From an uncultured bacterium (GTDB lineage: Bacteria > Planctomycetota > Phycisphaerae > Phycisphaerales > SM1A02), in the NCBI GenBank assembly GCA_903898755.1, contig CAIUGT010000125.1, positions 2,386-66,385 on the forward strand: a DNA stretch of 64,000 bases, in the 5' to 3' direction. Every line of letters starts with the position of its first letter. Position 1 is the first letter of the stretch. The notes beneath the pieces are model-generated. The model saw nothing but the letters and a program-made list of their open reading frames with translations. It made no database searches and had not been told where the DNA came from. Position numbers and translations under genes: made by a program. Positions 35,916-44,690 of this stretch are shown here, piece after piece.

Positions 35916-37109
35916 TCAGCCACCGCGGCCAGACTCAGCGCGAGTTGCATCCACAGACTCAAGCGCGCTGCGAACTTCACTAGCGTGTCTGTGCATAGTG
36001 ACTTCATCAATAGTGTGATGCACCATAAGCGCAATGCTGGTCTCGCCGAGCGTATGCGCCACCGGCAGCGCGTTGGTGGGCGCAAGTCCATGTTGCGCAA
36101 AGATGGGCTCGCGATAAATCTCCGAGCACGAACCGGTGTTGGCTTGAAGCCCCGCGCGTACTAAAGCCGCAAGCAACTTTGGTCTGTCAGCGGCAGCATG
36201 CGCATAAGCCATGCAGCGATAGTGCGCATGGCCAGCAGGCGTAGCAGGCACACGCACACCACGAAGACCGCGCAATGTCTCTTGCATAATTGCGGAATTG
36301 CGCGCGCGGCGATCAACCCAATCATCCAGTTTGCGCAACTGACACAAGCCAATCGCGGCCTGCATTTCCGTCATGCGAAGATTGGTGCCTTCATGTGCAA
36401 TCAGCCAGCGGAATCCTGGGTCGCCAACTTTGGCGTGCGATAAGTCATAGTCCTTGCCGTGCTGCGAATACTGCCACGCCTTTTTCCACAGGCGCAAATC
36501 GGGCGTGCACAACATTCCGCCTTCGCCACCCGTTGTCATGATCTTGTCTTGGCAGAAACTCCAACTAGAGAACACGCCCCATGTTCCCACGGACCTTCCG
36601 TCTATATGCGCGCCGTGCGCTTGCGCGCAATCTTCAATAATGTGAATGCCATGTTGCGCGGCCCATGCGCTTATGGCGGGCATGTCGCAGGGCCAACCCG
36701 CAATGTGCACCGGTATGCACGCCTTGGTGCGCGATGTGCGAACCGCTTCTATGCTGGCAACGGTCATGTTGCCGCTGTTGGCTTCAACATCAGCGAAGAC
36801 GGGCTTGGCGCCTGCAAGTACCGCGCACATGGCGCTTGCAACATAACTGCGCGGGCTCACAATCACTTCATCGCCCGCGCCAATGTTCAGCACTCGAAGC
36901 GCGGTATCTAATGTGAGAGATCCGTTTGCCATTGCAAGCGAGTGCATGCCGCCGTGATAATCGCTCCACGCGCGCTCAAATAATTTGCATTGATCGCCCG
37001 TCCAGTAGTTCACGCGACCAGAGCGCAACACTGCGTCAACGGCGGCGATTTCATCTGCTTCAAAGATGGGCCAGGGGGGCAGCGCGGTTGATTGTGGATG
37101 CTTTACCAA
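35916..37109 (-). CDS. DegT/DnrJ/EryC1/StrS-family sugar aminotransferase (PglE-like)
   Basis: It has the family N-terminus WPIFEADEIAAVDAVLRSGRVNYWTG, and IIEDCAQAHGA follows. The start codon is TTG. Confidence 0.85.
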   Translation of the reverse strand: MVKHPQSTALPPWPIFEADEIAAVDAVLRSGRVNYWTGDQCKLFERAWSDYHGGMHSLAMANGSLTLDTALRVLNIGAGDEVIVSPRSYVASAMCAVLAGAKPVFADVEANSGNMTVASIEAVRTSRTKACIPVHIAGWPCDMPAISAWAAQHGIHIIEDCAQAHGAHIDGRSVGTWGVFSSWSFCQDKIMTTGGEGGMLCTPDLRLWKKAWQYSQHGKDYDLSHAKVGDPGFRWLIAHEGTNLRMTEMQAAIGLCQLRKLDDWVDRRARNSAIMQETLRGLRGVRVPATPAGHAHYRCMAYAHAAADRPKLLAALVRAGLQANTGSCSEIYREPIFAQHGLAPTNALPVAHTLGETSIALMVHHTIDEVTMHRHASEVRSALESVDATRAESGRGG

Positions 37110-37744
37110 GGTTCAAGTTCTCTCAGTGGCTTGGCGGGATTGCCGACAACAAGTGTATTGGCTGGAACGTCTTTTATAACGACGGAGCCCATGCCGATGC
37201 CGCAACCATTGCCTAGCAATATTCCTTGGCGAATTGCAGCTGAAGTACCAATATCAACGCCTTGGTTCGCAGTGACATTTCCAGATATAGAAGCAAGTGG
37301 AGCAATTGATGTGTAATCACCAAGAGCGCAGTCATGACCAAGTGCCACCAGGCGGTTCATGCTGACAAAGTTTCCAACCGTGATATTCACTGTCATTTCC
37401 ACTCCACCCAAAATCATGACTCCGTGGCCGATTTTCACTGAAGTATGAATAGAGACATTCGGATGGATCACGCATCCCCAATTTGGATTGCCGAGCGCCT
37501 CCACAGATTTCACAACATTTCGCCGAATTCGTGGATCGTTAATCCCGACAACAAATTCGCAGTCCTTCCATCGGGTCCAATCCGCAACTTTCCCAATGAT
37601 TGGCCATCCCTCAGGGGTGGAGCCACTGCGACCATCATCAAGAAATCCAAGAAAGTCTTTGGCGCCATGGTTAAGTAAATAGGTGTGTGCAACTTCACGA
37701 CCGTGACCACTTGCCCCAATAATGACAAGAGCCCTTGTAGTCAC
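37103..37744 (-). CDS. NeuD/PglD-family sugar N-acetyltransferase (left-handed beta-helix)
   Basis: With GTG 37744 as the start, the protein begins MTTRALVIIGASGHGREV, the usual NeuD N-terminus. That GTG overlaps the upstream TGA (GTGA). Hexapeptide repeats occupy the C-terminal half. Confidence 0.8.
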   Translation of the reverse strand: MTTRALVIIGASGHGREVAHTYLLNHGAKDFLGFLDDGRSGSTPEGWPIIGKVADWTRWKDCEFVVGINDPRIRRNVVKSVEALGNPNWGCVIHPNVSIHTSVKIGHGVMILGGVEMTVNITVGNFVSMNRLVALGHDCALGDYTSIAPLASISGNVTANQGVDIGTSAAIRQGILLGNGCGIGMGSVVIKDVPANTLVVGNPAKPLRELEPW

Positions 37745-38358
37745 TTTGCTGCCCCACGAAATGGCGGCATCGTCGTGTGACCATACGCAGCAATGTGGCG
37801 GCGCGCCACCACTTGCCACACGGTCATCCACAAAATTTTCAAGTCAAGCAAAAAACTTCGATGGTCCACATACCAGACATCAAGCTCAAATTTTTCTTCC
37901 CACGAGATGGCGTTGCGCCCATTGACTTGCGCCCAGCCGGTGATTCCAGGTTTCACTTCGTGCCTTCGCATCTGGTGAGCAGTGTAAAGCGGTAGGTATT
38001 CCGGCAACAGTGGGCGAGGGCCGACAAGCGACATGTCGCCGCGCAAGACATTCCACAGAGTGGGGAGTTCATCTAGGCTGGTTGAGCGCAGGAAACGACC
38101 AAGGTGCGTCAGGCGCACGGAGTCGGTGGAAAGCAAATCCTCGCCCGTACGCGGAGTGCGCATGGTTCTAAACTTTCGCAGCATGAAAAGTTTTCCGTGC
38201 AGACCTGGGCGCGTCTGGCAGAAGAGAATGGGGGAGCCGAGGCGCAGGAGAACAGTGATCGACACGACAACGAGCACCGGAAACAGGAGTGTGAGACCTA
38301 GGAGTGATGCAAGGATGTCAAAGATCCGCTTCACCGTTTTTTTGCGGTGGTCACCCAA
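37741..38358 (-). CDS. Undecaprenyl-phosphate sugar phosphotransferase (PglC/WbaP C-terminal type, initiating transferase)
   Basis: KRIFDILASLLGLTLLFPVLVVVSITVLLRLGSPILFCQTRPGLHGKLFMLRKFRTM and DELPTLWNVLRGDMSLVGPRP. An alternative GTG start at 38334 would overlap the upstream stop as GTGA. Confidence 0.85.
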   Translation of the reverse strand: MGDHRKKTVKRIFDILASLLGLTLLFPVLVVVSITVLLRLGSPILFCQTRPGLHGKLFMLRKFRTMRTPRTGEDLLSTDSVRLTHLGRFLRSTSLDELPTLWNVLRGDMSLVGPRPLLPEYLPLYTAHQMRRHEVKPGITGWAQVNGRNAISWEEKFELDVWYVDHRSFLLDLKILWMTVWQVVARRHIAAYGHTTMPPFRGAAK

Positions 38359-38969
38359 CCACCCGCGATTTTCGTCACCCTCAGATTCGCGGCAGAGATT
38401 CCAGATATTGCGTGAATTTTTTGAATCTGTTCAAGGTCGTAATGAAACAACGGGCAGGTGTAGCGATGGCGGCGCAACCGCATGCGGATCCCGTTCTCTG
38501 GCCATGAAACGACGAATGCATTTGTCGTGAGCGCGCTAATCCGCGTGATAAATTGTTGCGAATCTTCGGTGTAATCTAAGACACCGAGTGCCATCGAAAA
38601 ATCAAATACTTGTCCGGCAAAATTATGGGTCAAGACATCCCCAAGGATGAATTTAGTCTTTACGTCGACGTTCTCAGACTTCGCTACTTTCTCCGCAAAA
38701 TCAACCATCTGCTGAGAGAAGTCGATGCCAGTGACATGGGATGCGCCTGCATTTTTGATCAGGGAAACGCTGTTGATACCGGGTCCTGAACCGGCATCAA
38801 GTACGGTCGCGCCCGGAATGTCTCGGCAACATTTGATTGCCTCGGCCACCCGTCCATACACCCCAGATCGAAACATCCGATCGAAGAGCGAAGGCTTTAT
38901 GTAGTAGTTTGCAAAAAGCGCGCTTCTAGCATCCCAGTAACTTTGTGCTGGTTCCATTTGTTTTGACAT
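38331..38969 (-). CDS. Class I SAM-dependent methyltransferase
   Basis: SAM motif I, VLDAGSGPGINS. The N-terminus overlaps the 3' end of the upstream gene by 44 nt, so the start is uncertain. Confidence 0.7.
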   Translation of the reverse strand: MSKQMEPAQSYWDARSALFANYYIKPSLFDRMFRSGVYGRVAEAIKCCRDIPGATVLDAGSGPGINSVSLIKNAGASHVTGIDFSQQMVDFAEKVAKSENVDVKTKFILGDVLTHNFAGQVFDFSMALGVLDYTEDSQQFITRISALTTNAFVVSWPENGIRMRLRRHRYTCPLFHYDLEQIQKIHAISGISAANLRVTKIAGGWVTTAKKR

Positions 38970-39834
38970 TGAGAGCTTTCTCCAAGCAGGTGATAAATCG
39001 ATGCTGTTTCAACAAATCCCGAATCTTGAACCGGACCGAATTCCTGAAGAGATTCCAACGAAAATTTAGTGCCAACACTCTCAATGAGTATCTCGAAACA
39101 TCCAAAGGATAGTTGGAAGATACGTCTATTTTATGCGTGTCGAATTCATACGGATGCATATATATCATTTTATTTCGATTTGATTTGATCTGATCATTGA
39201 AAATTTTGTTGACCAGAGCCTTCGGCATTAGGCGAATGTAACCCCCACCAGCCACGGGGAACTTCCTTCCCAAATAGGTTGCGACGGTGAGAGGAAGTTC
39301 GACGAGTTGCTTACCGTCTGGCAGTTCATAAAGAGTGTCCTTTTCGCTGAAGCCGTCGATGCCATAGCGTGGCATCTTTAACGGGAAAATGCTGCTGTCA
39401 TAGATGAACCCGAGGTCGGCGAGAATGTTCAGAAGATATAAATTATCTTGATTTACTGAGAAGAATGGAGCCCGATAGCCGAGGATCTCACCTCCGGTGA
39501 TGTCGGTCACAAGTTTGAGGCAATCTTCGATGTCCTTGCGCGCGGCTTGTGGGTTCATGGAAAACATGGACTCGTGATTTTGCCCGTGAATGGCGATCTC
39601 GTGCCCGCGCGCGGCGATTTTTTTCACCAACTCAGGCCGGTATTTCGCAAGTATTCCTAAAATAAAGAACGTCGCTTTGTTATTTGTCTCGCTCAATAAA
39701 TCCAGGATGATTTCAGTCTGTCTCTCGATCGCCCCATTTGCTGGTTCCGACTCATACCCATAGTGGTATTTTCCAAACAATTGACCGAAGTCTTCCCAGT
39801 CGATTGAAAGTGTCGTCTTGCTCGAATCCATCAT
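38926..39834 (-). CDS. Polysaccharide deacetylase with DUF3473-type C-terminus (the type found in exosortase-associated EPS loci)
   Basis: LSIDWEDFGQ, the NodB-like HEIAIHGQNH, and C-terminal FPVAGGGYIRLMP. The start is set at ATG 39834 (ATGA overlap with the upstream stop). Confidence 0.7.
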   Translation of the reverse strand: MMDSSKTTLSIDWEDFGQLFGKYHYGYESEPANGAIERQTEIILDLLSETNNKATFFILGILAKYRPELVKKIAARGHEIAIHGQNHESMFSMNPQAARKDIEDCLKLVTDITGGEILGYRAPFFSVNQDNLYLLNILADLGFIYDSSIFPLKMPRYGIDGFSEKDTLYELPDGKQLVELPLTVATYLGRKFPVAGGGYIRLMPKALVNKIFNDQIKSNRNKMIYMHPYEFDTHKIDVSSNYPLDVSRYSLRVLALNFRWNLFRNSVRFKIRDLLKQHRFITCLEKALNVKTNGTSTKLLGC

Positions 39835-40967
39835 GTCTTTCGCCGTTTGAAGGCGATTTGGTAGCAGCGAAGCAAAGAATCCCAAAGGAGCTTCTCAGAG
39901 GGGTAGAAATCATGCGGAATTTCCGGTCGGGCCAGATAAGTTTGGAGCTGTTCGCGCGACCATCTCATTTTTTTCAGGAAATAAAGTACATCGTCCTCCA
40001 TAGCCTTTTCGTTCGGGTAAGGGATTCCATCGATGCCGCGCAGAGCCGCTTCTCTAGTCATCTGTCCGAATGCAACCTGCGTCGCAAAATGAAGGCGACG
40101 CTTATCGACTCCGAATTTTTTTGGCAGCAAATAGCCTTGGTAAAATCGGGTAAAAATGGATTCGTAGTGTTTGAACGGATAGCGCTTGAAGCCGAAATCG
40201 CGCTCCAGTTCTTCCAGTACCTCACTTTTGTTGTAGCCGAGATAATCCAAGAAGGAAATCCATTTGATTCTCTTTACAAGTTCGTAGTAGGCAAACCCCC
40301 ATGTTCCGATCGCAGGGAAGGTATCAAGGCGCATCCCGCCAAATTGTCGACCTAGCGCGCGGATATTGCGGGCATCGTGTTTGAACCAGTTCCATCCAGG
40401 AGGCATTGGCATGCCTTCGGTCGCTTGGTTAGATCCGGAAAGAATGAATTGAACGCCGTGTATGTCAGCTTGCTGATAGTTCACGGAGAGCATTGCGTTG
40501 TCGTAGAGCAGTTCGATATCGATCACGTCTGCGTCGAAGAAAGACTGCATTAGGCCACGGTATTCTTCCCAGTTGATTACATGGGTGTAAAGATCCACTC
40601 CAAGTCCGCGGACCAGATTGGCGATGTTGTTCTGGGCCAGCTCGGAATTCCATCCGTTGTCCATGTGTACGGCGAGCGGCCTTAATCCCAAGCGCACGGA
40701 TTGAATTAGCGCCCAAGAACTGTCCACGCCGCCAGATACCCCAACCACACAGTCATACCGCTTGGTTTTTCCAGCAGATTTAACCTTCTCGACTAGCATG
40801 TGGAGCCGCGCCTTCCTAGTGTCCACGTCTTCGTGACGGAGGTGGCCCGATCGCGCCAGAAACTTTGTGCAGTAACTACAGACACCGTGCTCGTCAAAGG
40901 AGATGTCGGAGGCACTGGTGTCCATCACGCATCGTGTGCAAATTTGATAGGCCTTTTCGAAAGTCAT
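39831..40967 (-). CDS. N-acetyl sugar amidotransferase (WbpG/PseA/LfnA-type PP-loop enzyme)
   Basis: It has the zinc-ribbon-like CTRCVMDTSASDISFDEHGVCSYC and the PP-loop DCVVGVSGGVDSS. ATG 40967 abuts the hisF-paralogue stop (TGATG). Confidence 0.85.
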   Translation of the reverse strand: MTFEKAYQICTRCVMDTSASDISFDEHGVCSYCTKFLARSGHLRHEDVDTRKARLHMLVEKVKSAGKTKRYDCVVGVSGGVDSSWALIQSVRLGLRPLAVHMDNGWNSELAQNNIANLVRGLGVDLYTHVINWEEYRGLMQSFFDADVIDIELLYDNAMLSVNYQQADIHGVQFILSGSNQATEGMPMPPGWNWFKHDARNIRALGRQFGGMRLDTFPAIGTWGFAYYELVKRIKWISFLDYLGYNKSEVLEELERDFGFKRYPFKHYESIFTRFYQGYLLPKKFGVDKRRLHFATQVAFGQMTREAALRGIDGIPYPNEKAMEDDVLYFLKKMRWSREQLQTYLARPEIPHDFYPSEKLLWDSLLRCYQIAFKRRKT

Positions 40968-41737
40968 CAACAGAATTCCAAAAGTCGCTCGAGTTCGTCA
41001 TAACGAGGATAAGTGATTAGTACGGCACGATGTGGACCATGGAAGACGAAGAACGCGCCTGCGGCGACGGCACTCGCTCCAGCCTCGACCGCCGCGCGTA
41101 TGTCTGCCATGCTGCCTACGCCGCCGACTGCGATTAATGGTACCGAGAGCGCCTCGCTCGCCTGCCGGATGAGTCCCAAGTCCATTCCCTTCATCGTGCC
41201 ATCGCGATCGACGGCATTCAGCAGAACCTCGCCAGCTCCGGCAGCGACGGCTTTTTGAACGAACTCAAGCCAAGGAATCGACTGCGTCTTTCCATTCGCC
41301 GCCGCATACAACTGTGGCTTACCTAGGATATTGCGTTTCACATCTACTGACAACATGACACTTTGGCTGCCGACCTGCTCTGAGAGGCGAGTTATCAATC
41401 CGAGGTCCTCCAATGCGGCTGTCTGCAGACAGACTTTTTCCACTCCCAGATCGAAAATTCTATATGCCTGCTCGACGTTTCGAATGCCCCCTCCATAACA
41501 GATCGGCATGAAGCATTCTCCAGCGAACTGTTCGATGAGCGCATAGTTGGGTTGCTGCCGTTCTTTGCTGGCGGAGATGTCGAGCACCATCAATTCATCA
41601 ACCTCCTTGTCGTTGAAGATGCGGATGGCATTGATCGGATCGCCGACATACTTCGCGTCCTTGAACTGACGCGTCTTGACCAGACCTCCATCATGCAGGA
41701 GCAGTGCAGGAATGACTCTATGCTTAAGCAAATTCAA
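40967..41737 (-). CDS. hisF: HisF paralogue (AglZ/HisF2/WbuZ-type cyclase subunit for acetamidino sugar modification)
   Basis: RVIPALLLHDGGLVKTRQFKDAKYVGDPINAIRIFNDKEVDELMVLDI and ICYGGGIR. Its position beside a WbpG-like gene, not his genes, points to the glycan-modification paralogue. Confidence 0.8.
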   Translation of the reverse strand: MNLLKHRVIPALLLHDGGLVKTRQFKDAKYVGDPINAIRIFNDKEVDELMVLDISASKERQQPNYALIEQFAGECFMPICYGGGIRNVEQAYRIFDLGVEKVCLQTAALEDLGLITRLSEQVGSQSVMLSVDVKRNILGKPQLYAAANGKTQSIPWLEFVQKAVAAGAGEVLLNAVDRDGTMKGMDLGLIRQASEALSVPLIAVGGVGSMADIRAAVEAGASAVAAGAFFVFHGPHRAVLITYPRYDELERLLEFC

Positions 41738-42344
41738 ACTCCAAAAAACGCCTCATTAAATCGGTTCCAAATCGATGGCTCTTTTCGGGATGAAACTGGA
41801 CGCCGAAGAGATTATTCCGCTGGAACGCAGCGACGAAGTCTTCGCCATAGTGAGTGAATGCGATCGGATCGGATGGGTCATTGCACATCACCCGATACGA
41901 GTGGACAAAGTAGAAGCGTTGCTCGTCGACCGTAGAAGCGATAATGGGATTGCTCCGAACCACGCGAATGGTATTCCAGCCCATGTGCGGCACGTGCAAT
42001 CCACTTGAACTTTCGAATTTAAATTGTCGCGACTCGGCGTCGATCCAGCCCAAGCCCGGCTGCGTTCCTTCCGAGCTCGAGCGGCACATTAACTGCATTC
42101 CGAGGCAGATTCCCAGGATCGGAATTCGCCTTTGGATCGCGGCCGAATTCAGCGCTGGAAGCAGCCCGCGTGAGATCAGGTGCGACATTCCAAAATCGAA
42201 CGCGCCTACACCTGGAATAACAAGTTTTTTCGACTCTGTGATCTCTTCCACAGTAGATATACGCTGGGCTTCGCCGCCCGCACGTTCGAACATACGAATC
42301 ACAGAACCAATGTTCCCAGCGCCATAATCAAGAACGGAGATCAT
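41724..42344 (-). CDS. hisH: HisH paralogue (WbuY-type glutamine amidotransferase subunit)
   Basis: MISVLDYGAGNIGSV, GICLGMQL (catalytic Cys) and VQFHPEKS. ATG 42344 has an AAGGTGG SD 7 nt upstream. Confidence 0.8.
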   Translation of the reverse strand: MISVLDYGAGNIGSVIRMFERAGGEAQRISTVEEITESKKLVIPGVGAFDFGMSHLISRGLLPALNSAAIQRRIPILGICLGMQLMCRSSSEGTQPGLGWIDAESRQFKFESSSGLHVPHMGWNTIRVVRSNPIIASTVDEQRFYFVHSYRVMCNDPSDPIAFTHYGEDFVAAFQRNNLFGVQFHPEKSHRFGTDLMRRFLEFEFA

Positions 42345-42380
42345 TTGCAAACCACCTTTTTTGAGACGTTCAGTATAGTT

Positions 42381-42416
42381 ACGAATCCCAACTCGTGAAT
42401 CAGAGCAGGGATTCGT
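42381..42416. repeat. Perfect 9-bp inverted repeat spanning the stop codon of the GT4 gene
   Basis: ACGAATCCC (42381-42389) pairs with GGGATTCGT (42408-42416) across an 18-nt loop. It lies between the GT4 gene and the hisH paralogue. Confidence 0.3.
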
Positions 42417-43611
42417 CTAGGACACTGGCTAGTCTTTTCGCAATTTGCTCAAAGGAGTGGTTCGCCTCGACGTATGCGCGCCCCGAGCGCCCCATTCGAA
42501 TTCGCTCTTCGATAGGAAGCGACGCCATCGTCAGGATCGATTTCGCAAGCTCCTCTGATTGGTTCGGTGGAACGGTTAAGCCCGCATGCGCCTCGTTGAC
42601 TGGATTGTTGCTCGCCTTGCAGGAGAAAATGATCGGCCGCGATGCGGCAAGAAAATCGAAAAGTTTGTTGGAACTGATTCCGAAGCGGAAGGCCGGTCCG
42701 TCGACAAGGTTGAAAATAAACGCATCTGCAGTGCTTGCCAAGGCTGGGATCTCGCGTTTGGACACGGGAGGCTCGAATTGTACGTTGTCGAGATCAAGTT
42801 TTTTTGCGAGTTCTACGAGGCCCGGCTTCAGCGAACCGTTGCCTATCAGGCGTAACCGTATCCTCACAGCGAGTGGATTCCCCTTTAAATGATGCATTGC
42901 GCGAAGTACGCAATCAAGACCATTCGGCTGTCCGTGGGCGCCGAAATACATAAGCGTAAAAATATTTTGATCCGTCGGTGGTGCAGGTATTTCGCACAAC
43001 TCCACGCCATTGGGCAGATAGACTATCCGCTCTTTCGGTATTCCTATGGGCACGATGTATTTGTCGGCTTGGGGCAATAGAACAATAATGCGTGCGGCTC
43101 CGCGAAGCAGTAGCCGTTCCAGCAAGTACAGTGCGCGGGCAGAGAAGCTGCTAGCCCGCATTTTTCCAATATCGATCAGGGACTGGGGCCAGAGATCCCT
43201 CACTTCATAGATGAACGGAATGCGAAATCTCCGTGCGAGCAGCATGCCAGACAGCGCTGCAAGCGGATGCACAGTCGAACCGATGATTACATTTGGGCGA
43301 GGAAGCGCGCGAGTCGTAACTGGCCTGAGCGTCCGCCAGAAATAGACGAGTATATTTTTTATTCGCCCGCCGCCATTGCCCTTGTAGCCCGGAGTGCGCA
43401 CCCAGAGAAATGGAACCCCATCGAAATTTTCCAATCTGGTTTTCTCGCCCTCGGCCAACCGCTGTCGACCCGTATTGTGTTCAACGCTCGCCGCAATAAT
43501 AAAGGCCCGCCAGCCGCTTGTAGGTAAATAACGGCTCAAACTAAAATGGCGCGTCCCGCCGGGATGGCCAGGTTCTTGCGCGTAGTGGTTTAGGATCCAA
43601 ACGGTTTTCAT
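42400..43611 (-). CDS. Family 4 glycosyltransferase, WbuB-like
   Basis: The N-terminus MKTVWILNHYAQEPGHPGGTRHFSLSRYL is characteristic of WbuB-type GT4 enzymes. ATGA overlap with wecB. Confidence 0.75.
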   Translation of the reverse strand: MKTVWILNHYAQEPGHPGGTRHFSLSRYLPTSGWRAFIIAASVEHNTGRQRLAEGEKTRLENFDGVPFLWVRTPGYKGNGGGRIKNILVYFWRTLRPVTTRALPRPNVIIGSTVHPLAALSGMLLARRFRIPFIYEVRDLWPQSLIDIGKMRASSFSARALYLLERLLLRGAARIIVLLPQADKYIVPIGIPKERIVYLPNGVELCEIPAPPTDQNIFTLMYFGAHGQPNGLDCVLRAMHHLKGNPLAVRIRLRLIGNGSLKPGLVELAKKLDLDNVQFEPPVSKREIPALASTADAFIFNLVDGPAFRFGISSNKLFDFLAASRPIIFSCKASNNPVNEAHAGLTVPPNQSEELAKSILTMASLPIEERIRMGRSGRAYVEANHSFEQIAKRLASVLDESLL

Positions 43612-44690
43612 GAAACTACAACCGATTCTAGAACATCGGCTATCCGCTGTGCCGCGTATCCGTCGCCGTAAGGCTGGATGGGTGAGCCCTTTGCCCCCAT
43701 CGCCTTCTCAAGTCCAAGGCGAATGTGATCTACAGAAAGCGGGGGCGCGAGAAAATTCCATTCAGCCTCCACCAATTCCGTCCACTCTGTTTCTTCCCGC
43801 AGCGTGACACAAGGTGTTTGATAATAAAAGGCCTCCTTTTGCACGCCACCGGAATCGGTCGCGACAATTCGTGCGTTCAGTTCCAACACGATCATGTCGA
43901 AGTAGCCGACCGGTGCAACTGCGCGAACATTTCTAGGCAGATCAATTCCGAATTCTGCAAGACGTGATTTAGTCCGTGGATGCATCGGCATTACAACAGG
44001 AAGTTCGAAATTCGCAAAAGACTCAAGAATTATTTTCATTCGACCTGCATCATCCGCATTTTCTGCGCGATGAATCGTTGCAAGAACGAATTTTTTTGTT
44101 GATAGTCCAAGCGTTTCCAGCACACGGCTTTTCTTCAACGCCATCGGCTCGTAGTGCATGGCCGCGTCGAGCATTACATCACCAACCAAATGGACGCGCG
44201 AATCGGTAATGCCTTCGGTTTGCAGGTTCGTGACAGCGGTTTGCGTCGGAGCAAACAGCAATGTCGAAGCGTGGTCGGTCAGGATACGGTTGATCTCTTC
44301 GGGCATTCTTCGGTTGAAACTGCGAAGACCGGCCTCGACATGGGCGACAGGAATATGCAACTTGACCGCCGCAAGCGCCCCAGCCAGAGTCGAGTCGGTG
44401 TCTCCGTAGACGAGCAGGCAATCAGGCTTCTCTTTCATTAGCACCACTTCGACTGCCTCGATCATCTTGCCGGTGTTGCTGCCATGGGTTCCTCCCCCGA
44501 TTCCCAGATGGTGTGTCGGTTCCGGAATTTCTAATTCCTTAAAGAAGATATCCGACATGTTGGCATCAAAGTGCTGCCCGGTATGCACGATCTGTTCCGT
44601 GATGTCCCGATCGATCTCACGAAACGCGCGCGAAACTACCGCTGCCTTGATGAATTGTGGCCTAGCTCCGATGACAGTGATGATTTTCAA
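43608..44690 (-). CDS. wecB: UDP-N-acetylglucosamine 2-epimerase (non-hydrolysing)
   Basis: MKIITVIGARPQFIKAAVV, VHTGQHFD, LVYGDTDSTLAGALAA, HVEAGLRSF and DSGGVQKEA. The TTG start overlaps the upstream TGA (TTGA). Confidence 0.9.
   Translation of the reverse strand: MKIITVIGARPQFIKAAVVSRAFREIDRDITEQIVHTGQHFDANMSDIFFKELEIPEPTHHLGIGGGTHGSNTGKMIEAVEVVLMKEKPDCLLVYGDTDSTLAGALAAVKLHIPVAHVEAGLRSFNRRMPEEINRILTDHASTLLFAPTQTAVTNLQTEGITDSRVHLVGDVMLDAAMHYEPMALKKSRVLETLGLSTKKFVLATIHRAENADDAGRMKIILESFANFELPVVMPMHPRTKSRLAEFGIDLPRNVRAVAPVGYFDMIVLELNARIVATDSGGVQKEAFYYQTPCVTLREETEWTELVEAEWNFLAPPLSVDHIRLGLEKAMGAKGSPIQPYGDGYAAQRIADVLESVVVS

Noticed and set aside
35368-36018. 216-aa plus-strand ORF across the YdcF/DegT junction
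   Set aside because: It is antisense to two well-supported genes and spans their boundary. Its composition is Ser/Thr/Arg/Pro-rich with no motif.
37745-37831. 29-codon extension of the NeuD/PglD-like acetyltransferase
   Set aside because: It overlaps the sugar transferase gene. GTG 37744 (GTGA overlap) yields the family-typical N-terminus.
40967-42344. hisF/hisH as histidine biosynthesis genes
   Set aside because: No other his genes are adjacent, and they overlap a WbpG-type amidotransferase inside a glycan cluster. This fits the known sugar-modification paralogues.
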